This document shows, piece after piece, positions 9,670 to 20,456 of a DNA stretch of 56,781 bases (its first letter is position 1; every line of letters begins with the position of its first letter). Below the pieces are notes generated by a model. The model made no database searches, was not told where the DNA came from, and was given only the letters and a program-made list of their open reading frames with translations. This DNA comes from an uncultured Deferribacteraceae bacterium (GTDB lineage: Bacteria; Chrysiogenota; Deferribacteres; CAMZNJ01), in NCBI GenBank assembly GCA_947313825.1, contig CAMZNJ010000024.1:1-56781 (forward strand), in the 5' to 3' direction. Made by a program: the position numbers and the translations under genes.

Positions 9670-11649
9670 ATGAGATCTGAATCAAAGTTTGACCTAGTAT
9701 CATCCTACGAGCCGTCAGGCGATCAACCTAAGGCGATAAAAGCCCTTGTGGACAACTACAACGACGGCGTGGAGAAGCAGGTACTACTAGGGGTTACAGG
9801 CTCAGGTAAAACGTTTACCATGGCAAACGTTATCCAACAGCTCAACGTTCCGACCATAGTTATTGCCCACAACAAAACCTTGGCAGCACAGCTTTATGGC
9901 GAATTCAAGAAATTTTTTCCGAATAACGCTGTGGAGTACTTTGTTAGTTACTACGACTACTACCAACCTGAAGCTTATGTACCGTCGGCTGACAAGTATA
10001 TTGAAAAAGATGCCACCGTCAATGAAGAGATTGAGAAACTTCGCCACAGTGCAACACGCTCTTTGATGGAGCGGAAGGACGTTATCATCATATCGTCCGT
10101 GTCTTGCATTTACGGTTTGGGTTCCCCCGAGTCCTATTCGGAACAAATAATAACATTCACTGTTGGCGATACCATCGACTTCAATACCGTTACTGAGAAG
10201 CTAGTGTTTACGCGGTATAACCGTGGTGATTATGAGTTTGAGCGGGGGTGTTTTCGTGTTAAGGGTGATGTTATTGAAATATTCCCATCTTACGAAGATT
10301 CCGTTGCTTATCGTATTGAATTTTTTGGTGATGAAGTTGAGAAAATATTCCTTGTGAACCCCTTGCTTGGCGAGGTTTTGGAGGAGGTGGAGTCGGTATC
10401 CATCTACCCCAACACACATTACGTAGCCCCCGACATATCCTTGGACATTGCTATTGCTCAGATAAAGGAAGAGTTACTGAAGACTTGTGCAATATTCCAC
10501 GAGTCGGGCAAGATTGTTGAGGAACAGCGACTGTCGCAACGAACCATGTATGATATTGAGATGATACGTGAAACAGGCTACACAAAGGGCATTGAGAACT
10601 ATAGCCGTATTTTTGAAGGGCGAGAAAAAGGAACGCCACCCTCAACACTTCTGTCCTATTTCCCCGAGGATGCCCTGACGATTATCGACGAAAGCCACAT
10701 GACCCTGCCTCAGATTCGTGGCATGTCCAGTGGTGATAGGTCGCGGAAGATGAAGCTTGTTGAATACGGTTTTCGTCTGCCTTGTGCCTTGGACAACCGC
10801 CCCCTTACGTTTGATGAGTTCAACGAAAGAACCAACCGCACACTTTATGTTTCCGCCACGCCAGCTGAGTATGAGCTCGACAGGAGCGAGGGTATTATTG
10901 TGGAACAGCTGATACGCCCCACAGGTCTGATTGATCCCCCCATTGAGATTCGCCCAGCACGTACCCAAGTTGACGATCTTCTTGCGGAAATCCAAAAAGT
11001 TAAAAAAGGTGGCGGTCGTGTTCTTGTTACCTCATTGACCAAAAAATCGGCGGAAAAGATTACGGATTATTTTTCAGAAGTGGGCATAGAGGTTAAGTAC
11101 ATGCACAGCGATGTTGACACCCTCGATCGTATCCGTATTATTCGCGAACTTAGGCAGGGCTCCATTGACGTATTAGTCGGGGTAAACCTACTTCGCGAGG
11201 GGCTGGATATCCCTGAGGTGGAGCTTGTGGCGATTCTTGACGCTGATAAAGAGGGGTTCCTTCGCTCAGAGCGTTCGTTGGTTCAAACTGTTGGGAGGGC
11301 TGCCAGAAACCTCGATGCTCGTGCCATATTCTATGCAGACAGCATCACCAACTCCATGGAGCAAGCCATGAAGGAAACTGAGCGGCGACGCAACAAACAA
11401 ATAGCTTACAACAAAGAACATAATATTACGCCAGCCACTGTTCGCAACGATATTGTGAATATTCTTGAAAGTATTTACGAAAAAGACTACATGACCATCG
11501 AGCTGGAAACACCCGACTACGAACCAACAGGCACGGTTAAAGGTGATATCAAGAAGCTTGAAAAACTAATGTACGAGGCGGCAAAAGAGCGGGACTACGA
11601 AAAAGCAGCAAAATATCGAGACATTATCCTAGAGCTGAAGGCAAAGTAA
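9670..11649 (+). CDS. uvrB: Excinuclease ABC subunit B
   Basis: [30 protein letters not shown] and C-terminal UVR domain. Confidence 0.98.
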   Translation: MRSESKFDLVSSYEPSGDQPKAIKALVDNYNDGVEKQVLLGVTGSGKTFTMANVIQQLNVPTIVIAHNKTLAAQLYGEFKKFFPNNAVEYFVSYYDYYQPEAYVPSADKYIEKDATVNEEIEKLRHSATRSLMERKDVIIISSVSCIYGLGSPESYSEQIITFTVGDTIDFNTVTEKLVFTRYNRGDYEFERGCFRVKGDVIEIFPSYEDSVAYRIEFFGDEVEKIFLVNPLLGEVLEEVESVSIYPNTHYVAPDISLDIAIAQIKEELLKTCAIFHESGKIVEEQRLSQRTMYDIEMIRETGYTKGIENYSRIFEGREKGTPPSTLLSYFPEDALTIIDESHMTLPQIRGMSSGDRSRKMKLVEYGFRLPCALDNRPLTFDEFNERTNRTLYVSATPAEYELDRSEGIIVEQLIRPTGLIDPPIEIRPARTQVDDLLAEIQKVKKGGGRVLVTSLTKKSAEKITDYFSEVGIEVKYMHSDVDTLDRIRIIRELRQGSIDVLVGVNLLREGLDIPEVELVAILDADKEGFLRSERSLVQTVGRAARNLDARAIFYADSITNSMEQAMKETERRRNKQIAYNKEHNITPATVRNDIVNILESIYEKDYMTIELETPDYEPTGTVKGDIKKLEKLMYEAAKERDYEKAAKYRDIILELKAK

Positions 11650-11651
11650 GG

Positions 11652-11680
11652 TTGACTGTATTCTGTTTTTGTACTATGCT
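11652..11680 (+). promoter_or_regulatory. Putative sigma70 promoter of the PBP1A gene
   Basis: TTGACT-17 bp-TATGCT. A further TATAAT lies at 11698-11703. Confidence 0.55.
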
Positions 11681-11788
11681 CAGAGGGCTATTCTGTGTAT
11701 AATGTTAGGGGTAGCGTAACCATTCCGTGTAGCCATCCCTCAGGGGTAGCCATCCAAAATAAGCTATAATTCAGGTGTTTATATTAAT

Positions 11789-14700
11789 ATGAGTATTCAA
11801 GAAAAGGGGGAAACATCCTCCACGGTGCAACATGAAACCACAACAACCACTAAGGGAACCACTCCCGAGGGAATCATTCCCGAGGGAATCATTCCCGAAG
11901 GAACCACAAACGCACCCACACCACCACGCAAACCACTTTGGCGTCGAATTTTATCAATAATTACAAAGGTGTTCGTCGCCTTTGTCGTGCTGGGTATTGT
12001 TGGAGTTCTCTCTTTTGCCGCACTAATCTACTACCTAAACAAGCAGTTGCCCTCCAACGCCGAACTTCACAATTATACCTACAATACCCCCTCGGTTATT
12101 TACGACAGAAACGGCGAACAAATAGGGTTACTCGGCACATTCAAACGCGAACCGGTGCCCCTTGAAGCAATAAATACTTGCCTGATTAACGCCACCATTG
12201 CCATTGAAGACGAACGGTTTTACGAACACCAAGGGTTTGACCTACGTGCAATCTTGCGTGCGGCGAAGGCTGATATTGCCGCAAGAAGCGTGGTGGAAGG
12301 TGCCTCTACACTTGACCAACAGGTTGCACGAAACCTATTCCTTACCCGTGATCAAACAATTATCCGCAAACTCAAAGAGGTGATTATCGCCTATCGGATG
12401 GGGAAAGTGCTCTCCAAAGATGAAATAATAACCCTCTACCTCAATGTTGTACCCTATGGGCGTGGGGCTTACGGGATACAGGCCGCAGCCGAAAACTATT
12501 ACGGCAAGGATAACACAGAACTAACAATCTCAGAATGTGCAACCATTGCAGGACTACCGCAAGCACCATCCTACATCGCACCACACCTTAGTATTGAACG
12601 TGCCACTGCAAGGCGAAACCGTGTACTAACACGCATGTTTGAAGACGACTACATTACCGAAAACGAATACAGTGAAGCGATAACAACAGAAATCACCATT
12701 ATCGACAAAGTAGAACCACGACGCAAGTACGCCAACTACTTTGTGGACTACGTAATAACTGAACTCAAGCGTGTAGCAAATATTACTGACTACTTAGACA
12801 ACGGCTACACCATTCACACAACGCTAAGCCTAAACCTACAAGAGAAAGCCGAAAACGCTGTTGAGCTAAACCTCATCGATCTAGCAAAACGCCAAGGATT
12901 CACTGGCGAACTAAGCCGATTCTCATACGAAGAGGCTACGCAAGAGGTACGCAACAAACTCGAAGAGATAGCACGAAATAACGCTGAAGAGGGCGGAGAA
13001 GCTCAGACCGATACCGATACCACCGATACCACCAATACCACCAGCACCACTGCACTAGACGTGGACGCCATGGCTCTAACGGACAAAAAACAGTTCAACA
13101 CGGCTATTGATGCAGGGCAACTCCCAACAGCAGAACTCTACACAGATACCTACAAACAAACTGTGCACAACCTCTATTACGAACAACTCACAGACGTGCC
13201 AAGCTACTTAACAAAAAGAGGGGCGGAAAAAGCACTCGTCATATCCCTAAACAGAACATTTGCAAGGGTGCTCCCACTAAACAACACAACAGTAAACCTA
13301 CTCGTAAACCCAAATATCAACCGTGGCGACAAAATACGCGTACTACGTGGTAACTCCATGCTCATACCCATCAGCTCCACAAGGTGGGCAGCAAATAGTA
13401 GCGACAAAATTGCAGGAAGAGCCTTTAGCGTTAGCTCCATGCTCCGAGTACTCGAAACAAAGGACATCATCTACATCACGCCAACAAACAAACTCTACAA
13501 TCCGCAAGACAACAACAGTGAATACTTAGCATACCTATTCCAAGAACCAACCGCCGAAGGTGCAATGCTGAGCGTAAACAAAAACAACGAAATCGTCGCA
13601 ATGGTGGGGGGCTTCAACTACTACAAATCCGTCTACAATCGGGCATACCAATCTTACCGACAAATGGGAAGTGCCTTCAAACCCATCGTTTACGCAACAG
13701 CAATCGAAAATGGATACGCTTTCGCAGACTATGTGGACGACATACCCATCATCAAAGAGGGACAAAACAACACCACATGGAAACCAAGTAACTACAACGA
13801 AATATTCTACGGCACAACAACATTTGCCGAAGGGCTAGCAAAATCAAGAAACACAGTAACAATACTGCTGGCAGAAAAACTAGGACTCGAACGGATACTA
13901 AATATGACCAAACGGTTCCACTTCTCCTCAGAAATGCCAAACGACCTAACAGTAAGCATCGGTGCCGGATCAGCCTCTGTTATGGAGGTGGCATCGTCGT
14001 TCAACGTCTTCAACAACCTAGGAATATACCAAGAACCTGTAGCTATTTTAGATGTGTGGAACTCGGACGGAGTGCTCGTATATTCGGCTAGTGGCAACTA
14101 TGACAATACCACGAACGGCGACGACGAACTGCTCGCCACCGATACTGCCACGAACGGCGACGACGAACTGCTCGCCACCGATACTGCCACCATCGCCGAC
14201 GACGAACTGCTCGCCACCGATACTGCCACGAACGGCGACGACGAACTGCTCGCCACCGATACTGCCACCATCACCGACGACGAACTGCTCGCCACCGATA
14301 CTGCCACGAACACCGACGACGAACTGCTCGCCACCGATACTGCCACCATCGCCGACGACGATCAGCCCATGTTCAGCGACCCGAATCGAATTCTCGGCGA
14401 ATCAGAGGCGTATGAAGTTCTTACAGTTTTGGAGGATGTGGTCAATAAGGGTACAGCAATCGCGCTGAGGTCGGTGGGACGTCCGTTGGCGGCAAAAACC
14501 GGCACGACGAACGATTACCGTGATGCTTGGTTTGTGGGCATGTTTCCCAACCTACTAACAGTTGCGTGGGTGGGGTTCGACAACTTCACAACTCTGGGGA
14601 ATGCTGAGTACGGTGTACGTGCCGCGTTACCTGCTTGGCGACGCTACACTAGCGATATTCTGGACGAACTGCCTTACGCACTGTTCCCGCTACCAACGAA

Positions 14701-14833
14701 CGCCACCGCTGTTCGGTACTACAAAATAGACTCCAACGACTACTCCATTAGTGATTCCCTTGTGGACGACTACTACTTTTCGCCGTTTATACTGGATGAC
14801 GATGGCAAGCCTATCCGTAAGGGGAGCGAGTAG
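11789..14833 (+). CDS. mrcA: Class A penicillin-binding protein 1A (transglycosylase/transpeptidase)
   Basis: EDERFYEH, GASTL, RKLKE, YLN, then SAFK (SxxK), SRN (SxN) and KTGT. Confidence 0.93.
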   Translation: MSIQEKGETSSTVQHETTTTTKGTTPEGIIPEGIIPEGTTNAPTPPRKPLWRRILSIITKVFVAFVVLGIVGVLSFAALIYYLNKQLPSNAELHNYTYNTPSVIYDRNGEQIGLLGTFKREPVPLEAINTCLINATIAIEDERFYEHQGFDLRAILRAAKADIAARSVVEGASTLDQQVARNLFLTRDQTIIRKLKEVIIAYRMGKVLSKDEIITLYLNVVPYGRGAYGIQAAAENYYGKDNTELTISECATIAGLPQAPSYIAPHLSIERATARRNRVLTRMFEDDYITENEYSEAITTEITIIDKVEPRRKYANYFVDYVITELKRVANITDYLDNGYTIHTTLSLNLQEKAENAVELNLIDLAKRQGFTGELSRFSYEEATQEVRNKLEEIARNNAEEGGEAQTDTDTTDTTNTTSTTALDVDAMALTDKKQFNTAIDAGQLPTAELYTDTYKQTVHNLYYEQLTDVPSYLTKRGAEKALVISLNRTFARVLPLNNTTVNLLVNPNINRGDKIRVLRGNSMLIPISSTRWAANSSDKIAGRAFSVSSMLRVLETKDIIYITPTNKLYNPQDNNSEYLAYLFQEPTAEGAMLSVNKNNEIVAMVGGFNYYKSVYNRAYQSYRQMGSAFKPIVYATAIENGYAFADYVDDIPIIKEGQNNTTWKPSNYNEIFYGTTTFAEGLAKSRNTVTILLAEKLGLERILNMTKRFHFSSEMPNDLTVSIGAGSASVMEVASSFNVFNNLGIYQEPVAILDVWNSDGVLVYSASGNYDNTTNGDDELLATDTATNGDDELLATDTATIADDELLATDTATNGDDELLATDTATITDDELLATDTATNTDDELLATDTATIADDDQPMFSDPNRILGESEAYEVLTVLEDVVNKGTAIALRSVGRPLAAKTGTTNDYRDAWFVGMFPNLLTVAWVGFDNFTTLGNAEYGVRAALPAWRRYTSDILDELPYALFPLPTNATAVRYYKIDSNDYSISDSLVDDYYFSPFILDDDGKPIRKGSE
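11853..11907 (+). repeat. In-frame 15 bp array AGGGAATCATTCCCG (GIIPE) in the PBP1A N-terminus
   Basis: About 3.7 units, read directly. Confidence 0.9.
14111..14362 (+). repeat. In-frame 6.5 x 39 bp array encoding T(N/I)(G/A/T)DDELLATDTA
   Basis: ACGAACGGCGACGACGAACTGCTCGCCACCGATACTGCC and variants, inside the transpeptidase domain. Confidence 0.98.
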
Positions 14834-14837
14834 TCGG

Positions 14838-14911
14838 GCGGTCAGGCGATGCAACGCGGTCAGTCGATGTAACGCGGTCAGCTTAGGTGTGTGTTGCGGG
14901 TGTGTTGCGGG
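14838..14911. repeat. Two short arrays (2.4 x 18 bp GCGGTCAG(G/T)CGATG(C/T)AAC; 2 x 11 bp TGTGTTGCGGG) filling a convergent gap
   Basis: Read directly between the stops at 14833 and 14917. Confidence 0.9.
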
Positions 14912-14916
14912 TATTA

Positions 14917-16026
14917 CTAGTCCTCTTCACGCCGAGACAGGGTTAGTATTCGATCTTCTATCCCTTTGCAGATGTAGTAGTTGAGCTTCCTTTTGAACGC
15001 TTCGTACCTTGGTGAGTGGTGGAATAAGTAGAGTTGGCTGGCTGAGCTATTCAGGAATATTTCCTTGGCAATATTGATTGTTAGGTGTTTCTTAATATGT
15101 GCCTGCTCTTTGTCCTCCTCCATGAATACCCCTTCCATAACGAGAATATTACTGTTTTTGGCGAATAGTGTTGCCTTGTGTATATTTTCCTGTGTGGGTG
15201 CGAGGTCGGTTGCGAAGGTTACGCTTTCGGACGGTGTTTCCTCTAGCATATGGAATAGGTTTTTAGCGGGCATACTGTTTTCGTCATGTTTGCCTGTGTT
15301 GCCTGTGTTGTCTGAGTTGTCCGTATCGCTAATGTAGTCGGGGGCAATGTCCACTTCAGGGTTGTTGTCAAGGTAGGCTTCTTTGAGTTGTCGCACCCAT
15401 TTCCCCCCTCTTAGTCCGCGTTCCATCATCTTTGTTTCGGATATATTTACTCGTCGTGGCGATTCTACACGGTATCCTATTGATGGTATTCCGTGGTCGA
15501 AAATTTCGTATGTTAGCGTAAATCCATTGTTGAGAGTGAATACGGTTTTGTTGTTGGTATTTTTGAGAACGCAGTTGCATTGGATTGGTTGCGGTTGAAA
15601 CTGTTTGTTTGCGGGTAGCAGGGCAGATTTTTGAACGCCAGTGTTGCTGAGTTCGTGTATCTCTATTTCGAAGGTGTAGCTGTCCACTAGGTTCCAAGTG
15701 TATGACTGTGTTCGGTAGAATACGTTATCGATAATGCCTTGTGGTCCAAAAATGATTAGTTTTTTGGATGAGATTAGCATGCTTCTTATTATTCGGTCGA
15801 ATCCGTAGAAGTGATCCATGTGTGTGTGGCTGATGCAGAGGTGTGTTACGTTGTTGATTTGGTTGTTGTTGTAGTAAGATATGTTGCCGCAATCCATCAT
15901 AATGGATCCCAGTAGGTGTGTGTGTTTGATGATAAACGAGATATCGCCGAAAGGGCTTGCACCGAATATTTTGTATGAATGTTGAGTCATGTTGTTGTTT
16001 GTACCGTTGGTTGTATTTGTTTCCAT
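14917..16026 (-). CDS. RNase Z-like metallo-beta-lactamase-fold hydrolase (start uncertain: 16026 or 15990)
   Basis: DCG, SHTHMDHFYG (HxHxDH), DHGIPSIGY, TD, EG.F, HLT and FHHSPRY motifs. Confidence 0.8.
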   Translation of the reverse strand: METNTTNGTNNNMTQHSYKIFGASPFGDISFIIKHTHLLGSIMMDCGNISYYNNNQINNVTHLCISHTHMDHFYGFDRIIRSMLISSKKLIIFGPQGIIDNVFYRTQSYTWNLVDSYTFEIEIHELSNTGVQKSALLPANKQFQPQPIQCNCVLKNTNNKTVFTLNNGFTLTYEIFDHGIPSIGYRVESPRRVNISETKMMERGLRGGKWVRQLKEAYLDNNPEVDIAPDYISDTDNSDNTGNTGKHDENSMPAKNLFHMLEETPSESVTFATDLAPTQENIHKATLFAKNSNILVMEGVFMEEDKEQAHIKKHLTINIAKEIFLNSSASQLYLFHHSPRYEAFKRKLNYYICKGIEDRILTLSRREED

Positions 16027-16030
16027 GATT

Positions 16031-17611
16031 TTAGCTGAGGAATGTGTATTTGTCGGATTCGATGATAATCTTCTTAATGATTGTATCCACCATCTTGGAC
16101 ACAATGGGATTAAGTTCGATGGTTAGGTCTTCATTGTTGAAGGAGTATGCTTCGAGGTGTTCTTCGAGTAGTCCTTCGTGTGGTTGCGGTATTGATGTCA
16201 TCCCTACGTTTGTTGCATGTTTTGCGAGTTCGAGGTTGTGTTTTAGTTCGGACACGTCGGCGTCAAGTTTTACGACAATGGGTTTGCTCATCAGTCCTCT
16301 TAGTAGTTCTTCGTAGTATTCTTGTTTTACGAGTGCGGCGTCAACAATGGCTGAGCCTCCAGTGGCGAGGTATTCGCGTATGATTGTGCCTAGTTGGTAG
16401 TGTATTTCGAGTGAGATTTGCTCGCTGTAGATACCTTTACCGTACTGCATAGATTCGGTCATATCAGTTCCACGCACTTTCGAGTTGGCTCTGAGGTTTT
16501 CGAGGCTAAAGTATTTTGCTCCGAGTTGATCTGCTAGGGTTTTGGATATGATTGTTTTGTTGCTCCCCATGTGTCCTGCAATGATGACGCATTTTTTGTT
16601 GTCAATATTGAAGGTATAGTTGACCGATCGGTATACGGCTTTGATTAGTTGAGCACGTGTTTCGAGGTATTCGTCAGACCATTCTTCAGTGTTGTCCAAT
16701 TTTTTTTGCAAGAAAACGGCGTTTTCCAGTGCGACAAGGCTTTTGTAGAAGCTAATAAGGCTGACGTAGGTTTTGTCGGGGTATTCCCTGCTGTATTCTC
16801 GTATTAGTGCGTCGGATATGTCAAGCATATCGAGTGTTTCAAGTTCGTATGCGATGCTAGAGAAGTCGTAGATAATATCGCGAAACCGTGTGTAGTCGTC
16901 TTCGTAAACGGCGTTGATTAGTTCTATTCGTCGATCAACGATTGCTATGTTTGATAGGGTAAGGTTTCCGTGGAACCCTTTGATGAATCCTGAGTCGATA
17001 CGGTCGCGAATAACGTCTGTATTTTCGCGAATAAATGTCATGGTTTTTTCGGAGATATAGGATAAGTGTGTAGTGTTGACAATATCGATGGCGTAATTGT
17101 TGAGATGGTCGAGGTATCTGGCAAAGCGTTCGCTCATGGGTTTGGCACCGGCGTATTCGATGGCTTTGAAGGATATCCCCTTGATTGAACGATATTTGGT
17201 TGCGAGTTGGTGCGAGATATTTTCGATGTAGGATTTGTCCATGGAGCCCATCTCGACAACCCGTCTTAGGGTATTGTTGTATGTTTTCATTTTGATAATA
17301 TATTCGATAACGGGGTAGGGGGAGTCGATGGTGGCAACAAAGTGTTTATCGCCGCCAACAACAACCTTGTACACACCTTCGTACAGGCTTGAGAAGCGGG
17401 ATCCGGTTTCGAAATCTTTCATGCAAGCTTGGCGTCGTCGTTCCATGGTGGAGTAGTCCACCTGTTTATTTTTGATGATGACTTTGACGATGTAGATATT
17501 GTGGTCAGATGTGTATATTTCGCTGAGACCGCTGACAACCACTGTGTTGGCAGAAAATACAGACTTGAGCAGTTCTTTACGTTTTTTTGTGGCGATGCTT
17601 AGTTTGTCCAT
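16031..17611 (-). CDS. Bifunctional aminoglycoside-phosphotransferase-like / P-loop (AAA_33) protein with degenerate motifs
   Basis: N-domain FHGNLTLSNI...RFRD..YD and C-domain GHMGSNKT...AIVDA match the family layout. Confidence 0.7.
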   Translation of the reverse strand: MDKLSIATKKRKELLKSVFSANTVVVSGLSEIYTSDHNIYIVKVIIKNKQVDYSTMERRRQACMKDFETGSRFSSLYEGVYKVVVGGDKHFVATIDSPYPVIEYIIKMKTYNNTLRRVVEMGSMDKSYIENISHQLATKYRSIKGISFKAIEYAGAKPMSERFARYLDHLNNYAIDIVNTTHLSYISEKTMTFIRENTDVIRDRIDSGFIKGFHGNLTLSNIAIVDRRIELINAVYEDDYTRFRDIIYDFSSIAYELETLDMLDISDALIREYSREYPDKTYVSLISFYKSLVALENAVFLQKKLDNTEEWSDEYLETRAQLIKAVYRSVNYTFNIDNKKCVIIAGHMGSNKTIISKTLADQLGAKYFSLENLRANSKVRGTDMTESMQYGKGIYSEQISLEIHYQLGTIIREYLATGGSAIVDAALVKQEYYEELLRGLMSKPIVVKLDADVSELKHNLELAKHATNVGMTSIPQPHEGLLEEHLEAYSFNNEDLTIELNPIVSKMVDTIIKKIIIESDKYTFLS

Positions 17612-17621
17612 TGTTCTCCCT

Positions 17622-17675
17622 TGTTAGCGTGCAGTGTGTTAGCGTGCAGTGTGTTAGCGTGCAGTGTGTTAGCGT
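17622..17675. repeat. 3.6 x 15 bp array TGTTAGCGTGCAGTG
   Basis: Fills the gap between the nfo stop and the RBS of the next gene. Confidence 0.95.
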
Positions 17676-17681
17676 TGGAGC

Positions 17682-18506
17682 TTAGTTCCTGTATGATTTG
17701 AGTTTGTTGAGTTCAAGTTTGTAGTTCTCTTCAACAGGGGTTTCGAGTATGCCTAAGATGTTGTTGAAGCGGGAGTCGTTGACTAGTTGCACGAAGGTGT
17801 TTTTGCCGATAAAGCCATCGCCAATGAGTTCGTGTCGATCGCGTCGGCTCCCTAGCTCTTTTTTGCTATCGTTTAGGTGTATGACTTTTATTTTGTTGCC
17901 AAAAGTTGAGAAAAAGTTTGTGAAAACATTTTCGTAGTTATCTTTTATATCATATCCGGCGGCGAACATATGGCAAGTGTCGAGGCAAACTCCTATTTTG
18001 TCGCCATGTTTGCATTTGTCGATAATGGCGGCGAGGTGTTCGATTGTGTGTCCGATGGATGAGCCTTGTCCTGCAGTGGTTTCCAGCAGTATCATTGCGT
18101 TGTAGTCGCCTTGGTCGTATACGTGGTCAAGGTTGGCGGCTATGGAGGCGATACCGGCGTCATCGCCGTGCCCCATATGTGCCCCAGGGTGCATAACATT
18201 GTACGGAATGCCGAGGGTATCGCAACGACTGAGTTCGTCGTTGAGGCAAGTGATGGATTTCTCAACGTTTTCAGGTTTGTCTGATGCGAGGTTGACCAAA
18301 AATGTGGAGTGAGCAGTTAGGTTGCTGAATCCAAACTTCTCGGCGGATGAGCGAAATTTTGAGATATTTTCATCACTTAAGGGCTTGGATGCCCACCGGT
18401 TGGAGCTCTTAACAAATACCTGCAGGGATTCGCAACCGTCATGGGCGGCTAAGGGGAAGCTTTTTTCCACACCACCAGAAATAGATTCGTGGGCACCTAG
18501 TATCAT
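17682..18506 (-). CDS. nfo: Endonuclease IV
   Basis: GAHES, HPG, LETTAGQG, CLDTCH, HLNDSK, DRHE and ILETP. Confidence 0.96.
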   Translation of the reverse strand: MILGAHESISGGVEKSFPLAAHDGCESLQVFVKSSNRWASKPLSDENISKFRSSAEKFGFSNLTAHSTFLVNLASDKPENVEKSITCLNDELSRCDTLGIPYNVMHPGAHMGHGDDAGIASIAANLDHVYDQGDYNAMILLETTAGQGSSIGHTIEHLAAIIDKCKHGDKIGVCLDTCHMFAAGYDIKDNYENVFTNFFSTFGNKIKVIHLNDSKKELGSRRDRHELIGDGFIGKNTFVQLVNDSRFNNILGILETPVEENYKLELNKLKSYRN

Positions 18507-19564
18507 AATTTTTCTCCAAAGAGTTTTTTGTAGACCTCAACTTCATAGGGGGAGCCGAGGCAAAGGGGGACGCGTTGATGAACATCTGAAATGGGAACGT
18601 CGAGAATGTCAGTATCCCCTGTGGTGGCAAGCCCGCCAGCCGATTCAAGCATAAAGGCAAGGGGGGCAGCTTCATACAAAAGGCGAAGCCAACCTTGGGG
18701 GTGAGATTTTATTGCGGGGTAGGCGAATACACCGCCTCTGATAACATTGCGATGGAAGTCTGCCACTAAAGAGCCTGTGAAGCGACTAGTGTAGCGTCGG
18801 TCGGGGTGGGAACGGAAAAATTGACAAAAGTCTTGTGTGCTAGAGTCTGTCCAAACATGTTGGTTGCTTTCGTTGACGCTAATAATATCCCCGTACTCCT
18901 TAACACGCCAGTTGGGGTGTATGAGTTTGTAGCTGTTGTCGCCGAGGGCGGGGTTGTGCTCGGGGTGGAGGATGGAGTCCTGTACGTCGTTGGCGAAAAC
19001 CTTGATGCCTCTGTTGTTGCCAATGGAGAAAACAAAGTAGGTGTGCATGCTGTAGAGGACATAGATAGAGGCAACAAGATCGCGTCCTTGTGGGAGCTGA
19101 GGGGTTTTCGAGGTGGACAAAATGGGGGACTTGCTACGGTAGATGCCGAAAATACTGCCAACAGGGGTAGCGAGATCGAGAACTTTGGAGCCGTCAATGG
19201 GATCGAAAGCCACGTAGTAGTGGTTGTTGTCTCCCGGATTGAAAACACTGAAATCTATCTCTTCAGAGAGGATGGCACCCACGCCTTCTAAGTCGCTAAG
19301 TATGGAGGTAAATATCTCGTTGGCAAGCATATCAATGGGCAAAACATCATCGCCTGAGACGTTTACTGTTTGGGTTTGATAGTTGTGTGTGTTTAGGTTT
19401 TTGCTGAAAGGTTTGTGGGCAATCTGCTCTGCAACGTCGATGCTCCCAATCGATATTGCCCAAAGTATGGAGGAAAGTTGGCTGTCTATCTCCCCTTTAT
19501 TTACAAGTGATTTTAGGTAAGAATGTAGGGGTAGCCCCCAGTCGACACTTGGGTTATTTAGCAT
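18503..19564 (-). CDS. fbp: Class I fructose-1,6-bisphosphatase
   Basis: SEE, FDPIDGS, VGSIFGI, GSLVADFHR and LRLLYEAAPLA. Overlaps the nfo start by 4 bp. Confidence 0.95.
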   Translation of the reverse strand: MLNNPSVDWGLPLHSYLKSLVNKGEIDSQLSSILWAISIGSIDVAEQIAHKPFSKNLNTHNYQTQTVNVSGDDVLPIDMLANEIFTSILSDLEGVGAILSEEIDFSVFNPGDNNHYYVAFDPIDGSKVLDLATPVGSIFGIYRSKSPILSTSKTPQLPQGRDLVASIYVLYSMHTYFVFSIGNNRGIKVFANDVQDSILHPEHNPALGDNSYKLIHPNWRVKEYGDIISVNESNQHVWTDSSTQDFCQFFRSHPDRRYTSRFTGSLVADFHRNVIRGGVFAYPAIKSHPQGWLRLLYEAAPLAFMLESAGGLATTGDTDILDVPISDVHQRVPLCLGSPYEVEVYKKLFGEKL

Positions 19565-19701
19565 TATGCCCCCTTGGTGATAATCCTGTTTGTACGCGAT
19601 TCAAAAAAAAGTTTCCGCAATAAACTTGCGAATAGTCTCAGAACGATAACCTTGTTAGCGTAATAATATCATAGTAAGAACATTCTGTGCAACTAGAAAC
19701 T

Positions 19702-20406
19702 TTATCCCAACCAGTTGATGACGTTACGTGTTTCATGGAAGCAGGGGGAGTTGATGAAGCTTGACGGCTTGTGGATATTGATGCGTGATGGGTGGTCGCA
19801 CTCGAATACACCTTGGCTGTGAGAAATATACTGAGTATAACGTTGTACTTGGCTGCCGAACATGAACCATGAAATACTCTTGTTGTACGATGAAATATGA
19901 CGTATCAGAGCCGAACCATACCATGACCAAACACCACTGTGAGACAGCGGGGAACCTGTGGACACGGTGGGAAAGATATTCAAAAACAGAACACCCTGAG
20001 ACTCGAGGGAATCAAACCAGCTCGGAGGTGGGAGGATGGGGAACGCACCGCTAGATATGGAGTTGCGAATATGCTGAATACTTGCATATTCATGGCGATA
20101 TGTGAGGTACAAAAGTTTCAAAATATTGTTGAGGCTGGCATTTCGCAAAGGAGTTTGCCACGACGTGTAACCACCAACCTCAAAAGCACGACCAGTGGCA
20201 ACACCAACCTGAGGGTAGGGATCCATACCAAAAATAACCACACGGACGGAAGACAAATCTTGGGAAGCATAACGAAACACACTGCTGAGAGGCAACGGAA
20301 GAGAATCGCCCTGAATCTTACGAAGGGAGGCTTGAAGACGCTCACGCTCCTGTGAAAAAAAAGGGGCAAAGGACGGATGAGGTGGAGTGATGTTGAATTC
20401 TACCAT
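19702..20406 (-). CDS. ung: Uracil-DNA glycosylase family 1
   Basis: VRVVIFGMDPYP, ATGRAF, QGVLFLN, HPS and C-terminal INW. Start moved to ATG 20406 because the longer ORF runs into a repeat. Confidence 0.88.
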   Translation of the reverse strand: MVEFNITPPHPSFAPFFSQERERLQASLRKIQGDSLPLPLSSVFRYASQDLSSVRVVIFGMDPYPQVGVATGRAFEVGGYTSWQTPLRNASLNNILKLLYLTYRHEYASIQHIRNSISSGAFPILPPPSWFDSLESQGVLFLNIFPTVSTGSPLSHSGVWSWYGSALIRHISSYNKSISWFMFGSQVQRYTQYISHSQGVFECDHPSRINIHKPSSFINSPCFHETRNVINWLG

Positions 20407-20456
20407 GGTGGCACCTGAGGTTTGAATGCGTGTAGCGAGGTTCAGGGGGAAGGGAG

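Noticed and set aside
14111-14362. CRISPR-like array or intein in PBP1A
   Set aside because: It is a pure in-frame tandem repeat with no spacers and no intein splice motifs.
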